This document shows, piece after piece, positions 59,130-64,000 of a stretch of 64,000 nt of DNA. Made by a program: the position numbers and the translations under genes. This DNA is from Bacteroidales bacterium UBA6445. GTDB lineage: Bacteria > Bacteroidota > Bacteroidia > Bacteroidales > UBA932. Location of the stretch: NCBI GenBank assembly GCA_002439585.1, contig DJOF01000021.1:65198-129197 (forward strand), given 5' to 3'. Position 1 is the first letter of the stretch, and each line of letters starts with the position of its first letter. Under the pieces are notes generated by a model that did no database searches, was not told the DNA's origin, and saw only the letters and a program-made list of their open reading frames with translations.

Positions 59130-60048
59130 AGCTGTCTTTTCCTGTTACGAGTTTGATGAAAATATCGTTCATGCGAGGAAGAAGTTCCTTGTACGAATTG
59201 ACTGTGACTTCTTGCCCGAGGACTGCTTCCAATACTTTGTTGCCCTTTGCCTCTCCGCAGCCTGAGAGCACGGCTGTATGGCGTCCGGCATCATTGTGGT
59301 CGGAGATGACGGAAAATACTCCCTCGACTGGAGTTACCTCCTTGTCTGCAGTATATACGAGTTCCGTATTGTTGTTGCCGTATTTGCGCCTTATCTCTTC
59401 TACGCCTCCTGTGATCACAAGATGAGACTTGTTTATAAGTGCAATCTCGTCGCAGAGCTCCTCCACGGATTCCATATTGTGAGTGGACAGGATTATCGTC
59501 GCTCCCTCTTCCTTGAATCTGAGCACTTCCTTGCGTATGAGCTCGGTGTTTACTGGGTCGAATCCGGAGAACGGTTCATCAAGTATCATAAGAGAAGGCT
59601 TGTGTACAACGGTGATTATGAATTGCACCTTTTGAGCCATTCCTTTGGAAAGCTCTTCGACTTTTTTCTTCCACCAATCTTGAATTCCGAACTTTATGAA
59701 CCATTTCTGGAGCTCTGCCTTGGCGTCTGATTCACTCATACCCTTGAGTTTTGCAAGATACATAGCCTGCTCTCCGACTTCCATCTTGCGGTAGAGTCCT
59801 CTTTCTTCTGGAAGGTATCCGATCTTCTCGACATCTGACTGGGTTATCGGACGTCCGTCAAACAGAACCTGCCCCGATGTAGGCATGAGGATTCTGTTGA
59901 TGATACGTATCATTGTGGTCTTTCCGGCTCCGTTTGGCCCGAGAAGACCGAAGATTTTTCCTTTAGGGATATCGAGGCTGACATTGTCCAAGGCTATCTT
60001 ATCCCCGAAATTCTTGCAGATATTCCTGCATTCGATAAGATGATTCAT
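59119..60048 (-). CDS. ABC transporter ATP-binding protein
   Basis: GPNGAGKTT, LSKGMAQK and ILDEPFSG motifs. Confidence 0.94.
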   Translation of the reverse strand: MNHLIECRNICKNFGDKIALDNVSLDIPKGKIFGLLGPNGAGKTTMIRIINRILMPTSGQVLFDGRPITQSDVEKIGYLPEERGLYRKMEVGEQAMYLAKLKGMSESDAKAELQKWFIKFGIQDWWKKKVEELSKGMAQKVQFIITVVHKPSLMILDEPFSGFDPVNTELIRKEVLRFKEEGATIILSTHNMESVEELCDEIALINKSHLVITGGVEEIRRKYGNNNTELVYTADKEVTPVEGVFSVISDHNDAGRHTAVLSGCGEAKGNKVLEAVLGQEVTVNSYKELLPRMNDIFIKLVTGKDSYEL

Positions 60049-60060
60049 ATAAGAAAATAT

Positions 60061-61095
60061 CTATAATAGTATCTTTGCAATAAGTTCTGTTAGCAGCTCT
60101 ACGGCTTCTGCCTCGCCTCCTCCGCCTCCTTTGCTTTTGAAGTCATATTCCTCAAGAAGGGAAATGACGTATCTGCACTTGTCAGGGGGGTAGTTCCTTG
60201 CTGCCACGTCAAATTCTTCCACGAAATAAGGGTTGATCCCAAGGATTCCCGCCTTCTCCTGTCGGCTCATTGGTGGTTTTGCTCGTTGGGCAAGAGAGTA
60301 TCGGAAAATCTTGTAGAAATGCTGATAGATCGCTGCTATGGCCATAGGCATGGCGAATTTTGGGGCTGAACCGACGTAAGCTGCGATCTTGAAAGCCTCC
60401 GGAGTATGCTTGTAGGAGAGTTCCTTGTTCAGTTCGAAGATGCTGAACTGCCTGCTTACACCGACATTTTTCTCGATGTCAGTAACTGATACTTTTGTTG
60501 TTCCTTCAGGAAGACTTTTGCGGAGTTTCCCAGTCTCAAGAGCTATGGTATCAAGGCTTGTCCCAACGGATTCGGCAAGCAGAACGGCAGCATCAGGAGC
60601 GATATCGAGTCCGAGAGACTTATAGTAGGAGGTGATCCATCCTTGAATCTCGTAGTCACGAAGTGCTGGGGAGTCCATAACTACTCCTGTCTTGGACACG
60701 GTCTTGTAGAGGGCTTTCCTCTTGTCTGCAGTAGCTCCTCTCATTAGTATCACGAGTACAGTAGTTTCTGTCGGCTCTGCGGCATAAGTTCCGAGCTGCT
60801 CGAGCGTTTTCATGCCTTGTGCCTCTTTCAGCACTACAAGCCTTCTTTCCGACATCATCGGATAACTTCTTGCGTAAGAGGCTACTTCAGCTGCATCTGT
60901 ATCAGGGCCGAAAAGCACTGTCTGGTTGAAATCCCTCTCATTGTCACTTAGTGCATACTTAATTATCTGCTCGCAGGCCTTGTCTGGATAGTAAGGCTCG
61001 GCACCCATTAGAAGATAAACCTGAGAGAAGAGGCCTTTGCGGGCATCTTCTACTATCTTCCTATATCTATCCTCTGTCTCAGTATATTTAGGCAT
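60061..61095 (-). CDS. holA: DNA polymerase III subunit delta
   Basis: VYLLMGAEPYY, DFNQTV, YPMMSERRLVVLKEAQ and D.KSKG motifs. Confidence 0.9.
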   Translation of the reverse strand: MPKYTETEDRYRKIVEDARKGLFSQVYLLMGAEPYYPDKACEQIIKYALSDNERDFNQTVLFGPDTDAAEVASYARSYPMMSERRLVVLKEAQGMKTLEQLGTYAAEPTETTVLVILMRGATADKRKALYKTVSKTGVVMDSPALRDYEIQGWITSYYKSLGLDIAPDAAVLLAESVGTSLDTIALETGKLRKSLPEGTTKVSVTDIEKNVGVSRQFSIFELNKELSYKHTPEAFKIAAYVGSAPKFAMPMAIAAIYQHFYKIFRYSLAQRAKPPMSRQEKAGILGINPYFVEEFDVAARNYPPDKCRYVISLLEEYDFKSKGGGGGEAEAVELLTELIAKILL

Positions 61096-61129
61096 ACACG
61101 GCGTGTGGCAAGAACGTTGTCACTCAATG

Positions 61130-61137
61130 CAAACTTA
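61130..61137 (-). promoter_or_regulatory. -7 promoter box of the holA operon
   Basis: TAAGTTTG on the minus strand, about 35 nt upstream of the holA ATG. Confidence 0.6.
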
Positions 61138-61184
61138 CGAAAATTCTGATGAATTATTTTGCCATTATATTAAGATATTGTTTC

Positions 61185-61341
61185 GTTTTTTTGAAATGAT
61201 CTTGAAGAAAACCTCCTTTCCGTCCATTTTCATATTTGTCATCAGCCCGGTACCTCCAGTACCCTCCTTCTTCCAAAATTTAGGCTGCCTCAAAAAAATC
61301 CTCATAATAAAATTCGGGAGCCATTTCAAAAACAGCTTCTA
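61185..61341 (-). mobile_element. MITE-like repeat, copy 2 (one end eroded)
   Basis: Reverse complement aligns with 35205-35360 and shares TCCCGAATTTTATTATGAGGATT, GAGGCAGCC, GTACTGGAGGTAC, TGATGACAAA and ATGAAAATGG. Confidence 0.75.
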
Positions 61342-61462
61342 AAGTCAGTATATGGGTGGGGGCTATCTGCTTTGGCTGAGGGTAATCGGTGATGCAGAAG
61401 CGCCTGTGTATGTACTTTCCCGGTATGTGCTTTCGCGGTTTTGGGTAATTGGACCAATACGT

Positions 61463-61855
61463 CTAAAGTCGTCTGAAAACTTTCAATAGAACTGGTGAAA
61501 GCAAGGTGGTCACCAAAACAAGCGTCCACAGATTGCCCGTCAATGGATTGTATGCGGCAAGAATTTCCGTGACGGTACTACCGCCAGCAATGCCGCCGAC
61601 AGACTCGAAAGCTACGGTCAATAGTGCCCAGCAAAGACCTATTGCCAGACACTCTTTCATGCTGCTGCCTTTGGCTAGGCGGGGAAGCATCAGCCATGTC
61701 AATAGAAAGATAAATATGCTCAGCAATATCCCGCTTACGGGCAAAGCCGTCTTTTCTCCGACAAGCCTGACCAGTACATATTCACGCAATCCACCGTTGA
61801 GTATTGCCACGGGGATGAAGCATATCCATACGATAAATGATTTCAATAGTCGCAT
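61463..61855 (-). CDS. Small 4-TM hypothetical membrane protein
   Basis: 130 aa; AILNG.LRE, W..LT.AFE and YN...GNLW motifs; has its own TAATTTTG box at 61882-89. Confidence 0.75.
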   Translation of the reverse strand: MRLLKSFIVWICFIPVAILNGGLREYVLVRLVGEKTALPVSGILLSIFIFLLTWLMLPRLAKGSSMKECLAIGLCWALLTVAFESVGGIAGGSTVTEILAAYNPLTGNLWTLVLVTTLLSPVLLKVFRRL

Positions 61856-61941
61856 GATTTCCAGTATGAAAATGAATGATACAAAATTAGCATTAATTAG
61901 GTTGAATCTGTGGTTTCGTGCTTGTTTTTTATTGACAAAAG

Positions 61942-62419
61942 TTTAGCGGACAGTAATATATTATTTTCCATTTTTCATCGACATCGCAGCCGATAAATTC
62001 TTTCCCTGTCTTAGTGATCGTTTTTCTGAATGAGATTTTCAGTTCTTTCATCCTGTTGAAAAGACTGTCAGCCAATTCTCGCTCTTCGACTTGTTCGGGC
62101 AATCGGCCTTCCGTTTTCTGCGGCGATGTTGGAGGCCGGGGCGAATGTCCAGGCTGAACCTTGCGGCACACCGAGTGTGGTCTTGCCTTATCGCCCCTTG
62201 CTGCCTACCCTGAATTGCCTGAAAATCGGAAAGACCGACTTCCCGATGAATCGAAAGATTCAATAAATGTAGGGAGAAAACATCAAACAAACTAAAACTC
62301 ACTACAATGTCAATTTATTGTGATAGCACTTACCGCATCGCTGGAGAAGCCTCAGAACTCGACGCTCTCTATGCCTTGATGCTCAAAATTGAAAAGGAGA
62401 AATATTACTGTCCGCTAAA
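61942..62419. repeat. Pair of perfect 18-bp inverted repeats flanking 442 bp
   Basis: TTTAGCGGACAGTAATAT at 61942-59 and ATATTACTGTCCGCTAAA at 62402-19. Confidence 0.85.
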
Positions 62420-62498
62420 TCATTTCAAAACAGATTCTAAGACAAATAATAAGGGATTCACTTCAATGAGCAAATCCCTTTATCTGATTGTCCCTTAA
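62307..62498 (+). pseudogene. Probable truncated N-terminus of an accessory gene fused to the repeat
   Basis: ATG follows an A-rich leader (AAACTAAAACTCACTACA). Protein-like for ~32 codons, then runs into the IR. Confidence 0.4.
62451..62480 (-). terminator. Probable terminator of ppdK
   Basis: AAGGGATT / AATCCCTT stem followed by a T-rich tract on the minus strand. Confidence 0.6.
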
Positions 62499-62537
62499 AG
62501 AATTATTCTATCTTCAGGTTTTATGTGCTACACAAGG

Positions 62538-64000
62538 TTATTTCCCTGCCTCGGCTTTGATCGCAGCCTGCGCCGCAGCAAGTCGTGCGATTGGCACACG
62601 GAAAGGCGAGCAGGAGACATAATCGATGCCGATCTTGTTGAAGAAATTGATGGAGTCAGGGTCACCACCGTGCTCTCCACAGACACCGCACTTGAGGTCA
62701 GGCCTCTTGGAACGTCCGGCCTGGATACCATACTCTACAAGCTTGCCGACACCCTTTGTATCGATAGTCTTGAATGGATCAGCGTCAAGAATCTTGTTGC
62801 CAAGATAGTCGCCCATGAAAGTCCCGACATCATCACGGGAGAATCCGAACGTCATCTGTGTAAGGTCATTTGTTCCGAATGAGAAGAACTCTGCTGTCCT
62901 TGCCATCCTGTCTCCGGTCAGAGCGGCACGAGGAATCTCGATCATTGTACCGAACTGGTAGTGGATTGTGATGCCGAACTTGCCTTCAACCTCGGCTTTG
63001 ACTCTCTCGCAGATAGCCTTCTGGAAGCTGAGCTCCCTTGCGGATACGGTTACAGGGATCATTATCTCAGCCTGAGGATTGAGACCGGCCTCCATGAGCT
63101 CGGCCATCGCAGTGAATATAGCCCTGTATTCAACCTCGGCAATGAGAGGGTAGGATACATGCAATCGTACACCTCTGTGTCCCATCATCGGGTTGACCTC
63201 GTGCAGAGCCTCGCCTCTCTTCTCAATCTCGGCCACAGACACCCCGAGCTCCTTTGCAAGCTCTTCTTTCTTCTCCTCTGTCTTGGGCACAAATTCGTGC
63301 AGAGGCGGATCGAGAAGCCTGAATACAACGGGCTTGCCATCCATTATCTTCATCGTGCTCTTGACAGAAGCCTTGATGAAAGGCTCAAGTTCCTGAAGAG
63401 CCTCTTTCCTCTCCTCGTCAGTGTCGCAGAGGATCATCTTGCGGAGTTTTGCAAGGGGAGTCTCGGAATTCTTGCCATAGAACATGTGTTCGAGACGGAA
63501 CAGTCCGATGCCTTCTGCCCCAAACGAAAGGGCTTTGGAAGCGTCTTCAGGAGTGTCGGCATTGGTACGGATACCAAGTTTGCGGAACTTGTCGGCAATT
63601 GTCATGAACTGCACGAAGAGAGGGTTTTCCGAAGCATCCATCGTGTCGATCTTGGCATCATAGACAAGACCCTTTGTTCCGTTGAGACTCAACCAGTCAC
63701 CCTCCTTGAACACTTTGTCGTGCCCCTCAAATGTCACAGTCTTGTGCTCCAGATCAATCTTCATCGCGTCGCAGCCCACAATACAGCATTTGCCCCAACC
63801 TCTTGCAACAAGGGCCGCATGTGATGTCATTCCACCTCTAGTAGTGAGGATACCTGCTGATGCACGCATACCTTCGATATCTTCCGGAGATGTCTCTTCC
63901 CTTAGAAGGATAGTTTTCTTGCCCTCGGCCGCAGCCTTCACAGCGTCATCTGGGGTAAATACGATCGTTCCTACAGCTCCGCCAGGTGAAGCCGGAAGAC
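62538..64000 (-). CDS. ppdK: Pyruvate, phosphate dikinase, C-terminal part (5' truncated by window)
   Basis: GGMTSHAALVARG phospho-His motif, plus GIGLFRLEHMF, FSFGTNDLTQ and GVCGEHGGDP. Confidence 0.96.
   Translation of the reverse strand, partial: LPASPGGAVGTIVFTPDDAVKAAAEGKKTILLREETSPEDIEGMRASAGILTTRGGMTSHAALVARGWGKCCIVGCDAMKIDLEHKTVTFEGHDKVFKEGDWLSLNGTKGLVYDAKIDTMDASENPLFVQFMTIADKFRKLGIRTNADTPEDASKALSFGAEGIGLFRLEHMFYGKNSETPLAKLRKMILCDTDEERKEALQELEPFIKASVKSTMKIMDGKPVVFRLLDPPLHEFVPKTEEKKEELAKELGVSVAEIEKRGEALHEVNPMMGHRGVRLHVSYPLIAEVEYRAIFTAMAELMEAGLNPQAEIMIPVTVSARELSFQKAICERVKAEVEGKFGITIHYQFGTMIEIPRAALTGDRMARTAEFFSFGTNDLTQMTFGFSRDDVGTFMGDYLGNKILDADPFKTIDTKGVGKLVEYGIQAGRSKRPDLKCGVCGEHGGDPDSINFFNKIGIDYVSCSPFRVPIARLAAAQAAIKAEAGK

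Overview
This is a 64-kb chromosomal window from a Bacteroidales bacterium, inferred from TAnnTTTG promoters, the TamB/tsaD layout, the V-type ATPase operon and DUF4301/GSCFA/PCMD genes. Most of it is housekeeping: recQ (partial), mtaB, rsmI-like, tamB-like, tsaD, yicC, recF-dciA-pdxB, ffh, V-ATPase E-C-A-B-D-I-K, holA and ppdK (partial). It also carries carbohydrate enzymes (an SGNH/DUF4886-GH3 fusion, GH2 and GH13). I found no rRNA, tRNA, CRISPR array or intact transposase/integrase. Five items stand out. (1) A cysC-PCMD-sulfotransferase operon resembles the Bacteroides sterol sulfotransferase locus but has no cysD/cysN in the window. (2) A receiver-domain/ATP-grasp dikinase-like protein has no pyruvate-binding barrel. 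(3) A ~165-bp MITE-like element occurs twice, plus a lone end, and has an ERIC-like core. (4) A 442-bp segment lies between perfect 18-bp inverted repeats that two divergent ORFs read through in the same frame. (5) A 46-bp remnant of IS3-like ends sits between convergent genes. All calls come from motif recognition by eye; no searches were run.
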